A stretch of DNA of 64,000 nt, taken from Methanoregula sp. GTDB taxonomy: Archaea; Halobacteriota; Methanomicrobia; Methanomicrobiales; Methanospirillaceae. Below, one piece after another: positions 51,486-61,473 of this stretch (its first letter is position 1; the number at the start of each line of letters is the position of its first letter). Location: contig JBDKTL010000024.1 of the NCBI GenBank assembly GCA_039698055.1, positions 59,733 to 123,732 on the forward strand, written 5' to 3'. The translations under genes and the position numbers were made by a program. The notes below the pieces were generated by a model. That model saw nothing but the letters and a program-made list of their open reading frames with translations. It made no database searches and was not told the DNA's origin.

Positions 51486-52588
51486 ACCGATTTGTAAAAT
51501 TATTCGTATATGCATTTCTTGTCCTTTTGGTCATCACCCTTATTGCCGGATATATTTCTACCCGTAATTCGGTCGTTGTCCCCCACATCAAAATGGGATC
51601 TTCAGACGCTCATCCGCTGATTGCCACACATACATTTCCTTTCGAGCGGGGAACTGTAACAATCACTTTTCCGATCAATACTGCCCTATACCAGGGTGCA
51701 AAAACTGCTGACAAATCAGTCTCCATCTACGGCAATATTTCAGAAAATGTATGGGTAGCGGAAAGTTACCGTGCGATGGTGATGGACCCGGCACAGGACC
51801 AATTTTATACCGGTCTCGCCGGAGAACTCCGTAGAATTAAGAACCAGATGGGGCTCTCTGATGACGAATATCTCGAATTGATCACGGTTTATGTTCAATC
51901 GATCACGTATGAAACAACACCGGAGAATCCGGCAAAGTACCCGGTCGAAGTTGTCGTTGAAGGATCCGGTGATTGTGATGACAAGAGCCTGCTCCTTGCC
52001 GGGCTCCTCTCTCACGAAGGATACAACGTATCACTCCTTGCATTCGATCCTGAATCCCACATGGCCGTCGGCATTGGTTCTGAAAATATGTTGTATAAGA
52101 ACACCGGTTATTCCTATATCGAGACAACCGATGTATCGTTTGTCGGTGTTCCCCCGGATACCCTATCGGGAGGCGTCACGCTTAATTCCGATCCTCTAGT
52201 AATTCCAATAGGAAACGGGACAAAGATCTTCCATAGTGGAAAACAGGTGCAGTACATTCAGGACATGTATACCCAATCTCTCCGTCAGGTATCCGGGCTC
52301 GAAACGCAGGTTAAAACACTTGAATCCGAGATGAATTTGAAACATAGCCGGATTACCGCAATCGAATCGCAGATGCAAATCCAGAAAAATTCAGGAAACA
52401 TTCCAGGTTACAATGCACAGGTATCCACACACAATGCACTTGTGTCTGAATATAATACGCAACTTGCCTCATATCGACAACTGTATTCCCATTATGAGAC
52501 GGTCGCCGGGATTCACAACTATATTCTCGGGCACCAGTATGATCGAAAAGGAGTATATGAATATGTGAAATCAAATGGGCCGTCTTAA
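51482..52588 (+). CDS. Membrane-anchored transglutaminase-like protein with coiled-coil C-terminus
   Basis: N-terminal TM; GDCDDKS, HMAVGI and YIETT putative Cys-His-Glu triad. Confidence 0.7.
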   Translation: MNRFVKLFVYAFLVLLVITLIAGYISTRNSVVVPHIKMGSSDAHPLIATHTFPFERGTVTITFPINTALYQGAKTADKSVSIYGNISENVWVAESYRAMVMDPAQDQFYTGLAGELRRIKNQMGLSDDEYLELITVYVQSITYETTPENPAKYPVEVVVEGSGDCDDKSLLLAGLLSHEGYNVSLLAFDPESHMAVGIGSENMLYKNTGYSYIETTDVSFVGVPPDTLSGGVTLNSDPLVIPIGNGTKIFHSGKQVQYIQDMYTQSLRQVSGLETQVKTLESEMNLKHSRITAIESQMQIQKNSGNIPGYNAQVSTHNALVSEYNTQLASYRQLYSHYETVAGIHNYILGHQYDRKGVYEYVKSNGPS

Positions 52589-52620
52589 AAGTGATTCTGG
52601 AATATTAACTACTGAGTTTT

Positions 52621-53541
52621 TTATTCAGAATGGATTATGAGGGCCGGCTGAGAATAATCAGATGGAGGGATCTCCATACCCGGGATCATCCTCATCCGTT
52701 GGAGCGCCATTTCACAATATTGGAGAGAGATATCAATACCAATAAAACGCCTTCCGAGTGCTCCTGCAACGAGAGTCGTCGTGCCAACACCATTGAACGG
52801 ATCGAGCACAATATCGTTTTTGTAGGAAAATAGTTTTATTAGGCGACGGGGCAGCTCTTCAGGAAACATTGCAGGATGGTCAAAGTCTTTCATGTGATGT
52901 TCCGGTACAATCTTCCAGCGCCCGATCACCCATTCCTTGAACTCGTCGCCAGAGATGTCGATATCCTCGCGCCGCCCGGTCTTTTTGTGTGTCCCCTTAT
53001 CATAAACCTCGATAAATTCCCAGGTATATTTTATGTATGGCATCGAAGGAGATTTCCAACTCCCCCACGCAGTATATTTTGCATTATAGTTATTTTTCTC
53101 CCAGAGAAATTCCGCCTTCCAGAGAAGCCCCAGCTTACGGAGCTGCCCGGATACGATATGATGTGTGGGGATATAGTCGGAAAATAGCGGTTGGATATTT
53201 ACCGCAATTCTTCCACCGGGTTTCAGTATCCGCTCGCATTCTGTCCAGACACGCAGGAGTTGATCAAAATATTCGTTCCATTCATGTGTGTCATCATGAG
53301 TGTCCTGTGCATAGGCATGTCCGAAATTATAAGGAGGGGACGTGACGATGAGATCGACACTTTCAGAGGGAATTTTGGCAAGCACCAGTGCTGCATCACC
53401 ACAGATAATCCTGTTGATATAGTTCTGGAGTTCCGGCTTTTCACCGGTGTTGAGGCTTTGTTTGGCATCTTTTGATCCGTGCCTAACCTTCGCCTTCCCT
53501 GCTTTGTCCAGAACCTTATCCCGCCGCATGGGATCATCCAC
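52621..53541 (-). CDS. Orphan beta-class DNA methyltransferase (SPPY, probably m4C)
   Basis: IVTSPPY, TAWGSW, HPAMFP and VLDPFNGVGTT motifs. Confidence 0.9.
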   Translation of the reverse strand: MDDPMRRDKVLDKAGKAKVRHGSKDAKQSLNTGEKPELQNYINRIICGDAALVLAKIPSESVDLIVTSPPYNFGHAYAQDTHDDTHEWNEYFDQLLRVWTECERILKPGGRIAVNIQPLFSDYIPTHHIVSGQLRKLGLLWKAEFLWEKNNYNAKYTAWGSWKSPSMPYIKYTWEFIEVYDKGTHKKTGRREDIDISGDEFKEWVIGRWKIVPEHHMKDFDHPAMFPEELPRRLIKLFSYKNDIVLDPFNGVGTTTLVAGALGRRFIGIDISLQYCEMALQRMRMIPGMEIPPSDYSQPALIIHSE

Positions 53542-54022
53542 GATTATGATACTGGTTGAACGGATGAATTAAAAAGAACTGCCTTTTCTGGTAACTGATT
53601 TGAGCGGCACATAGAAAAAAAATAAGAACGTAATTGGCTCATGTGCAGAAGTCTGGGGGGTCCCGCCTTCTCGAATTTTATCCGTGAAACCCCCTCTCCG
53701 CGCTTATTTAAATCTTCAGTCATGAGACCCCATATTTTTGTTGCATGTACATGTATTTGTCACATGTACGCGTGGCTCGCGGTTTTCGCGGTCTGGTTCC
53801 ATTTAACCATACCTCAGGATTTCTACCAACCGTTTTTTTGAATCCTCGGTTTGAAGTTCAGACTTCATCACAGGACAGATCCCGAAGGGTCAGACTAATT
53901 GGAGAGCAGGACATTCTCCATCCAAAGTCCGGACGGTTGCAGGATGTTCCTGCTTATGTCAATTATAGGTACAGTAAAAAGCGTTTAATGGAGCCTTCGA
54001 CATATACTCATGAGATTATCCT

Positions 54023-54754
54023 ATGCTGCATATCGAAGATTTGCATGTAAATATCGGCTCCAAGGAGGTACTCCATGACATCAATCTCCATATCGAGGCT
54101 GGTGAAACACACGTCCTCATGGGCCCCAACGGTTCGGGAAAGACTACACTTCTCATGACGATTATGGGGTTTTCAAATTACACCATAACAGAAGGGAAGA
54201 TCATTTTCAAAGGAGAGGACGTGACAAAAATGCATGCCCATGAACGAGCAAAGAGGGGCATCGGGATGCTCTTCCAGCGTCCGCCAACGATCTCCGGGCT
54301 GAGACTGGGAAAACTTCTAACCGCGATTTCAAGGGATAAAACCAGGGATACGGCAGAACTGGCAAAATCCGTGCATATGGATGGTTTTCTGGAACGAGAT
54401 ATCAACAAAGGTTTTTCAGGAGGGGAAATCAAGCGGAGCGAGGTACTCCAGCTGATGATCCAGAACCCGGATTTTATCATGCTCGATGAACCGGAAAGTG
54501 GCGTGGATCTCGAAAACATCTCACTTATCGGCAGCGCGATCGGTTCGTTGTTGGAAAAGGAGAAACGGATCATTAAGCGGGAAAAGAGCGGGCTTGTCAT
54601 CACTCATACCGGGTATATCCTCGATTACCTAGATGCCGATAAAGGACATGTCATGTGCGAAGGGGAGATCAAGTGCCATGGTAATCCCCGTGAGATTTTA
54701 AAAGATATCAAACAGCGTGGGTACAGGGAGTGTCTGGAATGCCGTCACAACTAA
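54023..54754 (+). CDS. sufC: Fe-S assembly ATPase SufC (SmsC type)
   Basis: GPNGSGKT, FSGGE, LDEPESGVD and a C-terminal CxxC. Confidence 0.9.
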   Translation: MLHIEDLHVNIGSKEVLHDINLHIEAGETHVLMGPNGSGKTTLLMTIMGFSNYTITEGKIIFKGEDVTKMHAHERAKRGIGMLFQRPPTISGLRLGKLLTAISRDKTRDTAELAKSVHMDGFLERDINKGFSGGEIKRSEVLQLMIQNPDFIMLDEPESGVDLENISLIGSAIGSLLEKEKRIIKREKSGLVITHTGYILDYLDADKGHVMCEGEIKCHGNPREILKDIKQRGYRECLECRHN

Positions 54755-55854
54755 ACATAGAGGGTATATCAAAAACCGATCAGGACCGGCTTGTCCAGTC
54801 CGGCATCGATCTGAATATGGAGAACAGGTGCGGAAGTTATCTCCAGATGAACCAGGATGTCGTTCATGCAGAATGCAGTCAGGAAGGCATTGAGGTTCTC
54901 TCTTACAAGCAGGCAATGGAGAAATATAATGGTCTAAAAGAGTACAACTGGATCGCGGTGTCTCCCGAAAAAGATGAAATCACAAAATATGTTGCCTCCC
55001 AAAAGGATCCTAAAGGATATGTTATAATTGCTCATGCTGGCACCAACAATATCCTTCCCATCCAAGCGTGCCTGTATCTGGGAAATGAACAGATTCAGCA
55101 TGTTCACAATATTATCATAGCAGAGGAAGGGGCGGAACTCCATATCATCTCGGGATGTACAAGCGGGGCGCATGTCGGGAAAGGGGCAGCACACTATGGA
55201 ATTTCAGAGTTTTATGTCAAGAAAAATGCAAAGATCAGTTTCACCATGATCCATACCTGGTCTGAGAACATTGATGTTTTCCCGAGGAGCGCATCCATCG
55301 TTGAGGAGAACGGGGTCTTCCTGTCCAACTATGTCTGCATGCAGCCCGTACAGAAAATACAGATGTACCCAACTGCAACGCTTAAAGGAGAGAACTCGGT
55401 TGCACGTTTCTCAAGTATTGTTATCGCCACGCCAGCATCATTTATGGACATTGGCTCCCGGGCAATCCTTGAAGGGAGGGGCTCAAGCGCCGAACTTGTC
55501 ACCCGTGCCATAACCCAAGGTGGAACTATTATCTCCCGCGGGCATATCCAGGGGAAGACTGCAGGTACACGAGGGCATCTTGAATGCAAGGGGCTGATCT
55601 TAAAGGACGGAATCATTTATGCAATTCCAGAAATTGAAGGTTCGGTCGTTGGCACAGAGCTCTCTCACGAAGCAGCAGTTGGTAAACTTGCACAGGAAGA
55701 GATAGAATACCTGATGTCACGGGGCCTTGATGAAGATGAAGCGACTGCGACAATTATCCGTGGCTTCCTCGATATCAAGATAATCGGTCTTCCAGAGGCA
55801 CTCCAAAAACAGATCGATGCGTCGATTGATGTAGCAGAAAAAGCAGGATTTTAA
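54739..55854 (+). CDS. sufB: Fe-S assembly scaffold SufB/D family (SmsB type)
   Basis: ISGCT, GHLECKGL and SHEAAVG...YLMSRGL motifs. Confidence 0.88.
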   Translation: MPSQLNIEGISKTDQDRLVQSGIDLNMENRCGSYLQMNQDVVHAECSQEGIEVLSYKQAMEKYNGLKEYNWIAVSPEKDEITKYVASQKDPKGYVIIAHAGTNNILPIQACLYLGNEQIQHVHNIIIAEEGAELHIISGCTSGAHVGKGAAHYGISEFYVKKNAKISFTMIHTWSENIDVFPRSASIVEENGVFLSNYVCMQPVQKIQMYPTATLKGENSVARFSSIVIATPASFMDIGSRAILEGRGSSAELVTRAITQGGTIISRGHIQGKTAGTRGHLECKGLILKDGIIYAIPEIEGSVVGTELSHEAAVGKLAQEEIEYLMSRGLDEDEATATIIRGFLDIKIIGLPEALQKQIDASIDVAEKAGF

Positions 55855-55866
55855 GAAAATACGATA

Positions 55867-56517
55867 ATGCCCTTGTATCCACGATCGGACGAGCGACAGA
55901 GAATGGTAAAACAGCAGATCGAAGCCCGCGGTATTCATGACACCCGCGTACTTGCCGCAATGGGGGACGTCCCCCGCCACATTTTTATTCCACATCCCTA
56001 CAACAAAGAGGCATATGATGACTGTCCGCTCCCGATAGGAAATGGACAGACGATCTCCCAGCCATACATTGTTGCACTTATGACATCGCTGCTCAAACCA
56101 CAACCGGATTACAACGTACTTGAAATTGGGGCGGGCAGCGGGTACCAGGCAGCCATCCTCTCAATACTCGTCCGCCATGTAACAACGGTTGAACGAATTC
56201 CTGAAGTTGCAACGCTTGCAAAAAAAAATCTCGATACACTCCACTATACTAACATTGAAGTTATTGTTGGGGATGGCACACAGGGGTACCCCAAAAACAG
56301 CCCGTATGACGGGATCATTATTACCGCAGCAACGCCCAGGGTTCCCCCACCGCTCGTTAATCAACTCGCAGATGCGGGCAGGCTTGTTGTGCCCATCGGC
56401 AACCGGGAGGTTCAGGAACTGGTAGTCATGGAGAAAATGAATTCAACGGTTAAGACTGAACATCATGGAGGGGTCCGGTTCGTGCCCCTGATCGGGGAAT
56501 ATGGATGGAGTGCCTGA
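55867..56517 (+). CDS. pcm: Protein-L-isoaspartate O-methyltransferase
   Basis: GQTISQPY, VLEIGAGSGY and RFVPL motifs. Confidence 0.93.
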   Translation: MPLYPRSDERQRMVKQQIEARGIHDTRVLAAMGDVPRHIFIPHPYNKEAYDDCPLPIGNGQTISQPYIVALMTSLLKPQPDYNVLEIGAGSGYQAAILSILVRHVTTVERIPEVATLAKKNLDTLHYTNIEVIVGDGTQGYPKNSPYDGIIITAATPRVPPPLVNQLADAGRLVVPIGNREVQELVVMEKMNSTVKTEHHGGVRFVPLIGEYGWSA

Positions 56518-56523
56518 ACCATT

Positions 56524-57135
56524 ATGAAAATTATTGATATAACCCGACCACTTTCGGATAGAACAGTCTCATATCCCGGGGATATGCCCCCACACTTTTC
56601 GCAGAAGGATCAGGGATTGTACCTGATCAGCGATCTGCAGATGAACAGCCATTCCGGCACACATATCGATGCGCCGGTGCATTATCTGAAAACCGGGGAT
56701 ACGATCGATACCCTACCATTGTCTCACTTGGTTGGCCGGTGCCGGGTACTTGATGTCAGCGATGCGGGTAATATCATTGATGCACGGCATCTTGCAGGAC
56801 AAATCGAAAATGACAAACGAATTATTCTGAAGACGACATTTTCCAAGGAAACACAATTTCTGGAAGATTATCCCCATATTACCATAGATGCGGCAAGATA
56901 TCTCACAAAAAACCATATCTGTTGTGTAGGAATCGATTCGTTTTCTATTGAGGCGTTAACGTGTGACGGTTCGGTGCATCGCGAACTGCTCAGTCACGGG
57001 TGCATCATTATCGAGCTTCTGGATCTTTCAGATGTGGATGAAGGGGATTATGATCTCGTGGCACTACCATTACGTCTTGTGGGACTCGATGGAGCTCCCG
57101 CCCGCGTCGTGCTCATAAAACAAGAAGGAGAGTAA
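56524..57135 (+). CDS. Cyclase family (kynurenine formamidase-like)
   Basis: HSGTHIDAPVH, GIDSFS and DGAPAR motifs. Confidence 0.85.
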   Translation: MKIIDITRPLSDRTVSYPGDMPPHFSQKDQGLYLISDLQMNSHSGTHIDAPVHYLKTGDTIDTLPLSHLVGRCRVLDVSDAGNIIDARHLAGQIENDKRIILKTTFSKETQFLEDYPHITIDAARYLTKNHICCVGIDSFSIEALTCDGSVHRELLSHGCIIIELLDLSDVDEGDYDLVALPLRLVGLDGAPARVVLIKQEGE

Positions 57136-57137
57136 AC

Positions 57138-57743
57138 ATGGACATAGTATCTGATTCTGTCAACAAACTCGAGGAGATCACCCGTCACAGCGGATGTGAA
57201 GACGGGAGTGTTCATCTCGAAGTAAACCCGGATGTGAAATTTTGTCGGTACGAACGGGGAGCCTGTATGACCGCAACGTTTGGAGGGCGGAGTGCAGAGT
57301 TTATTACGGATGATCCGATCCGGGCGATGACAAAGATATCATTCATGTTTGGCGCACCGCTGGACACTCCTGCAACGCGAGGTGCTGCCTGCGCTATCAT
57401 AAATGTCGGTACTGGTTTTTTCTGTCTTTCCCGGGTTCTGCATTCCTGCCCGCAGTCTGCTCATGGTCCCTGTCGTGAACAATTAATAAACGAGCTTGCT
57501 GCAAAAAAGGTCTGCTGTATTGGAACCATACCTGATATTGAAGCCGAACTGGAAGGATGCGTGACAACAGAGCCTGGTGCAGCAGATGTGATCCTTATCA
57601 ATGGAGAAGGCATGATCAAGGAAGGAACCGGGGATATCGTTGAGTCGTACAAAGAGGCAAAACATATCCTGTGTCTGGGGCCTTCCACTTCGGGAATCGC
57701 ACGCCTTCAGCACCTTGAACACTGGTGCCCGTTTGGTACATGA
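57138..57743 (+). CDS. Cys-rich hypothetical protein (DUF364-like Rossmann fold)
   Basis: AACAIIN and LGPST motifs; operonic spacing. Confidence 0.55.
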   Translation: MDIVSDSVNKLEEITRHSGCEDGSVHLEVNPDVKFCRYERGACMTATFGGRSAEFITDDPIRAMTKISFMFGAPLDTPATRGAACAIINVGTGFFCLSRVLHSCPQSAHGPCREQLINELAAKKVCCIGTIPDIEAELEGCVTTEPGAADVILINGEGMIKEGTGDIVESYKEAKHILCLGPSTSGIARLQHLEHWCPFGT

Positions 57744-57833
57744 ACAGGTTTTTTTAAGAAACATCAAAGCAATCGATAGTTCGAACAGCGGGGAAAATAA
57801 AATGCTTTTTAGGAAGGACACCAATGATGTGTC

Positions 57834-59084
57834 ATGCTTTTTGGATCTTCGGGCATCAGGCAACGGTTTGACCGGCCGCTGGTAGAAACCGCTTTACGCG
57901 TTGGCTCCTCAATGGGAGCGCAATTCCCGGAAGTCGTTGTCGGTATGGATACCCGTACCACGAGCCCATTGATATCTCATCTGCTTATTAGTGGGATTAC
58001 GAGTGCCGGAGGACGGGCGTTTTCTGCAGGGATCGCCCCAACGCCCTCAATTGCCTATAGCACTCGGTATATAAAAGCGGGATGCATGGTCACCGCGTCT
58101 CACAATCCCGAAGAGTACAACGGCATTAAACTCTTCAATCCGGATGGTTCTTCATTCACGCAAAGCCAGCAAAATGAGATAATAGACCAGATAACCAAAA
58201 CACATTGGGCAGACTGGAAACGACAGGGTTCAACAACCGCCATCGATGTTATCACCCCGCATAAGAGAGCAATTCTTGACGGGACATCTATCCCGCAAGG
58301 TCTTGTTGTCGTTGTTGATTGTGGAAATGGTGCAGGTAGTGTGCTGACCCCGTCCCTGCTGGCAGATGCCGGCGCAAAACCCGTCTGCCTCACCTGTGAT
58401 ACCGCAGGATCATTTGCCCGCCCATCTGAACCATTAAAGGAAAACCTGAGTTATATAGGGGAGATGGTAAAAAAGACCGGGGCTGCCTGTGCCGTCGTCC
58501 ATGACGGGGACGCCGATCGGATGATGGCCTTTGATAACCGGGGACGGTTCATTGATGGCGATCACTTGCTTATGTTGTTTGCCCGGCACCTTGACGCCAA
58601 ACGCGTGGTCACCACTTCTGACGCTTCGATGATCATTGAGGAGATTGCTGATGTTCACCGGACGCCAGTTGGGGATACCTTCGTTTCCGAAGAACTCCTG
58701 AAATGGGGGGAATTTGGCGGCGAACCCAGCGGCGCATGGGTATTCCCCAAGCACTCGTATTGTCCGGACGGTCCGTTCGCGGCGGCACTTTTCTGCGAAA
58801 TTGCATCCGAAGGAAACGTTGCAGAAGTTCTGGATCAGATGCCATCGTATCCCATTTTACGGGAGTCATTTGCCTGTGAAACTGCATGGAAAACGGTTAC
58901 CTCTCTTGGAGCTACAAACCCGACTGATGGGATTCGGGTTCCAGAAGAAAACGGGTGGTTCCTCATCCGGGCCAGCGGGACAGAACCTAAGATCCGTATA
59001 ACAGCTGAAGGAACAACAACGGAGATAGCCAAACAGATGCTTGAGCGTGCGCGGGCGCTCGTCAGAAAGGGGAAAACTGCTTAA
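57834..59084 (+). CDS. glmM: Phosphoglucosamine/phosphohexomutase
   Basis: FGSSGIR, TASHNP, DGDADR and RASGTEP motifs; sits next to glmU/glmS. Confidence 0.88.
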   Translation: MLFGSSGIRQRFDRPLVETALRVGSSMGAQFPEVVVGMDTRTTSPLISHLLISGITSAGGRAFSAGIAPTPSIAYSTRYIKAGCMVTASHNPEEYNGIKLFNPDGSSFTQSQQNEIIDQITKTHWADWKRQGSTTAIDVITPHKRAILDGTSIPQGLVVVVDCGNGAGSVLTPSLLADAGAKPVCLTCDTAGSFARPSEPLKENLSYIGEMVKKTGAACAVVHDGDADRMMAFDNRGRFIDGDHLLMLFARHLDAKRVVTTSDASMIIEEIADVHRTPVGDTFVSEELLKWGEFGGEPSGAWVFPKHSYCPDGPFAAALFCEIASEGNVAEVLDQMPSYPILRESFACETAWKTVTSLGATNPTDGIRVPEENGWFLIRASGTEPKIRITAEGTTTEIAKQMLERARALVRKGKTA

Positions 59085-59107
59085 ATGTTGTGACACGAGC
59101 TGTACGT

Positions 59108-60307
59108 ATGGAATGTGTCGTGCTTGCTGCTGGAGAGGGCAAACGGATGCGCCCCCTCACCACCAGACGCCCCAAAGTGATGCTCCCGATAGGAAACCGC
59201 CCTATGATGGAGCATCTGATGATCTCCGCACGCGATGCCGGCATCAGTGAATTTGTATTTGTCGTAGGATATGGCGAGCGGGAAGTTCGCCGATATTTTG
59301 GTGATGGTTCCCGGTGGAGAATTCATATTTCCTACGCCCCACAGCGACAGCAGCAGGGAACTGCTGATGCACTTCGCTCTGCCCGCGATTTTGTAACCGG
59401 GACGTTTTTAGTATTGAACGGGGACATGATCATCACAAGCGGGGATATAGCAAAATTTATTGAATGCTCTGCACCTTGCATGGGGACCAGTAGGACGGAT
59501 CACCCTGAAGATTTTGGGGTAGTCATGATAAAGGACGGTATGGTTACCGCTCTTGAGGAGAAGTCACATCATCCAAAATCAAAACAGATCAACGCGGGGG
59601 CATACCTCTTTACTCCTGATATTTTTGATCTGGTCGATCAGGTACAGCCATCATCCCGCGGGGAACTGGAACTGACCGATGCACTTGAAGTCTTCATTTG
59701 TGAACACCGGTTAACTGCATTTGAAATCCAATCGTGGAGAGATATTGGCTATCCATGGGACCTTCTTGATGCTAATGCAACATGTATGATATCCTTATCG
59801 GGGGAAAATCATGGAGTCATTGAAAACAATGTGACCATTTCGGGTGCAGTTGTCATTGGGGAAGGTACTGTAGTAAAATCAGGAACATATATTGAAGGGC
59901 CTTGTATTATTGGTAGAAATTGCCGTATCGGCCCTCATGCATACATCCGTGGATCGACAAGTATCGGAGATAACTGTCACATTGGTCATTGTACAGAACT
60001 GAAAAATTCCATTATCATGGAAGGAACAAAGATTCCACATTTCAATTACATCGGCGACTCGATTATTGGAAGCGGGTGTAATTTTGGTGCCGGAACAAAA
60101 GTGGCAAACCTCCGGCATGACCATGCGAATGTCAAGGTATGCGGCAGGGATACACGGCATACCAAATTCGGCGCCATTGTCGGAGACGGGGTCCGGTTTG
60201 GGATCAACTGTTCCATTAATGTAGGAACGATAATCGGAAGCAATGCACTTTTTGCTCCCAGTTCGTACGTCGAAGGATGTTACGGGGATAATTCAACCAT
60301 CAGGTAG
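59108..60307 (+). CDS. glmU: Bifunctional sugar-1-phosphate nucleotidyltransferase/acetyltransferase (archaeal GlmU)
   Basis: LAAGEGKRMRPLT..PK motif and hexapeptide repeats. Confidence 0.85.
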   Translation: MECVVLAAGEGKRMRPLTTRRPKVMLPIGNRPMMEHLMISARDAGISEFVFVVGYGEREVRRYFGDGSRWRIHISYAPQRQQQGTADALRSARDFVTGTFLVLNGDMIITSGDIAKFIECSAPCMGTSRTDHPEDFGVVMIKDGMVTALEEKSHHPKSKQINAGAYLFTPDIFDLVDQVQPSSRGELELTDALEVFICEHRLTAFEIQSWRDIGYPWDLLDANATCMISLSGENHGVIENNVTISGAVVIGEGTVVKSGTYIEGPCIIGRNCRIGPHAYIRGSTSIGDNCHIGHCTELKNSIIMEGTKIPHFNYIGDSIIGSGCNFGAGTKVANLRHDHANVKVCGRDTRHTKFGAIVGDGVRFGINCSINVGTIIGSNALFAPSSYVEGCYGDNSTIR

Positions 60308-60317
60308 GTAAGAAATC

Positions 60318-61472
60318 ATGCAGGCTGTTATTCTTGCAGGAGGAGAAGGAAAACGGGTGCGCCCGCTCACATGGAGCCGCCCGAAAGCGATGATACCGGT
60401 TGCAAACCGGCCAATCATTGAATATGTCATCGAAGCTCTGGTAAAAAACGGGATCCGGGAGATTATTGTTGTTGTCGGATATCGTAAAGAACAGGTAATC
60501 CGGTTTTTAAACCAACTCGATATCCCTATAGAAGTCGTTGTGCAGGACAAACAGCTGGGCACGGCGCATGCACTCAAGCAGGCAAAAGGAAAAATCAAAG
60601 GCAATTTCCTTCTCCTGCCCGGAGATAATTATATCGACCCCCAGTCAATAGCCCGGATCAAGGAAGTCCATAACGCCATTCTGGTAAAAGAACATCCAAA
60701 CCCCTCAAATTTCGGAGTTGTTTTGTTAAAAGATGAGATGGTTGAAAGTATTGTCGAAAAACCGGAGCATTCCCCCAGTTTCATGGTGAGTACGGGCATT
60801 TATTCCTTAAACAAGGATTTTTTTTCATTTATCAATGGGAATGATATTACCGATGCAATAGCCAATATGCTTGCGGAAAAACAATCCCTGCAGGCAGTCA
60901 TTGCTGATGACTGGCAGGACGCCATCTATTCATGGGATCTTCTGAAAATGAATCATCGCCTTCTCGCAGGGATTACTCTTGGACGTGAGGGAACGGTAAG
61001 CCGCAATACCATTATCCAAGGCACGGTAAAAATTGGCAAAGGAACCTCCATTGGACCAAATACAGTAATTACAGGTCCAGTTGTCATTGGAGATAACTGC
61101 CTAATCGGGCCAAACTGTTGTATTCATCCAGATACGAGCATTGGTTCGCGAGTAAAAATCGAGCCATTCACTTGTATTGGAAATGCGTTGGTAATGGATG
61201 ATACATCAATAAGTTCGCACTCGCGGGTTATGGATACCGTAATCGGTGAACGATGCGTTTTTGCCGATCATAGTTCAACCTACGCCGCAACCGGCTTTCT
61301 TGATATAGAAGGTTGCCCGATAAAATCTGAGTTCGGTGCAATCATTGGGGATAATGTGAAAAGCGGCCCATTTGCACACTACAGCCACTCCATTATAGGA
61401 AATAATGTGACAATTGAAGGGAACAATACGGTACATGCCCGCATTGTTGCGGACAATTCCATGGTGATATGA
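60318..61472 (+). CDS. Second GlmU-like nucleotidyltransferase
   Basis: LAGGEGKRVRPLT..PK motif and hexapeptide repeats. Confidence 0.85.
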   Translation: MQAVILAGGEGKRVRPLTWSRPKAMIPVANRPIIEYVIEALVKNGIREIIVVVGYRKEQVIRFLNQLDIPIEVVVQDKQLGTAHALKQAKGKIKGNFLLLPGDNYIDPQSIARIKEVHNAILVKEHPNPSNFGVVLLKDEMVESIVEKPEHSPSFMVSTGIYSLNKDFFSFINGNDITDAIANMLAEKQSLQAVIADDWQDAIYSWDLLKMNHRLLAGITLGREGTVSRNTIIQGTVKIGKGTSIGPNTVITGPVVIGDNCLIGPNCCIHPDTSIGSRVKIEPFTCIGNALVMDDTSISSHSRVMDTVIGERCVFADHSSTYAATGFLDIEGCPIKSEFGAIIGDNVKSGPFAHYSHSIIGNNVTIEGNNTVHARIVADNSMVI

Positions 61473-61473
61473 C

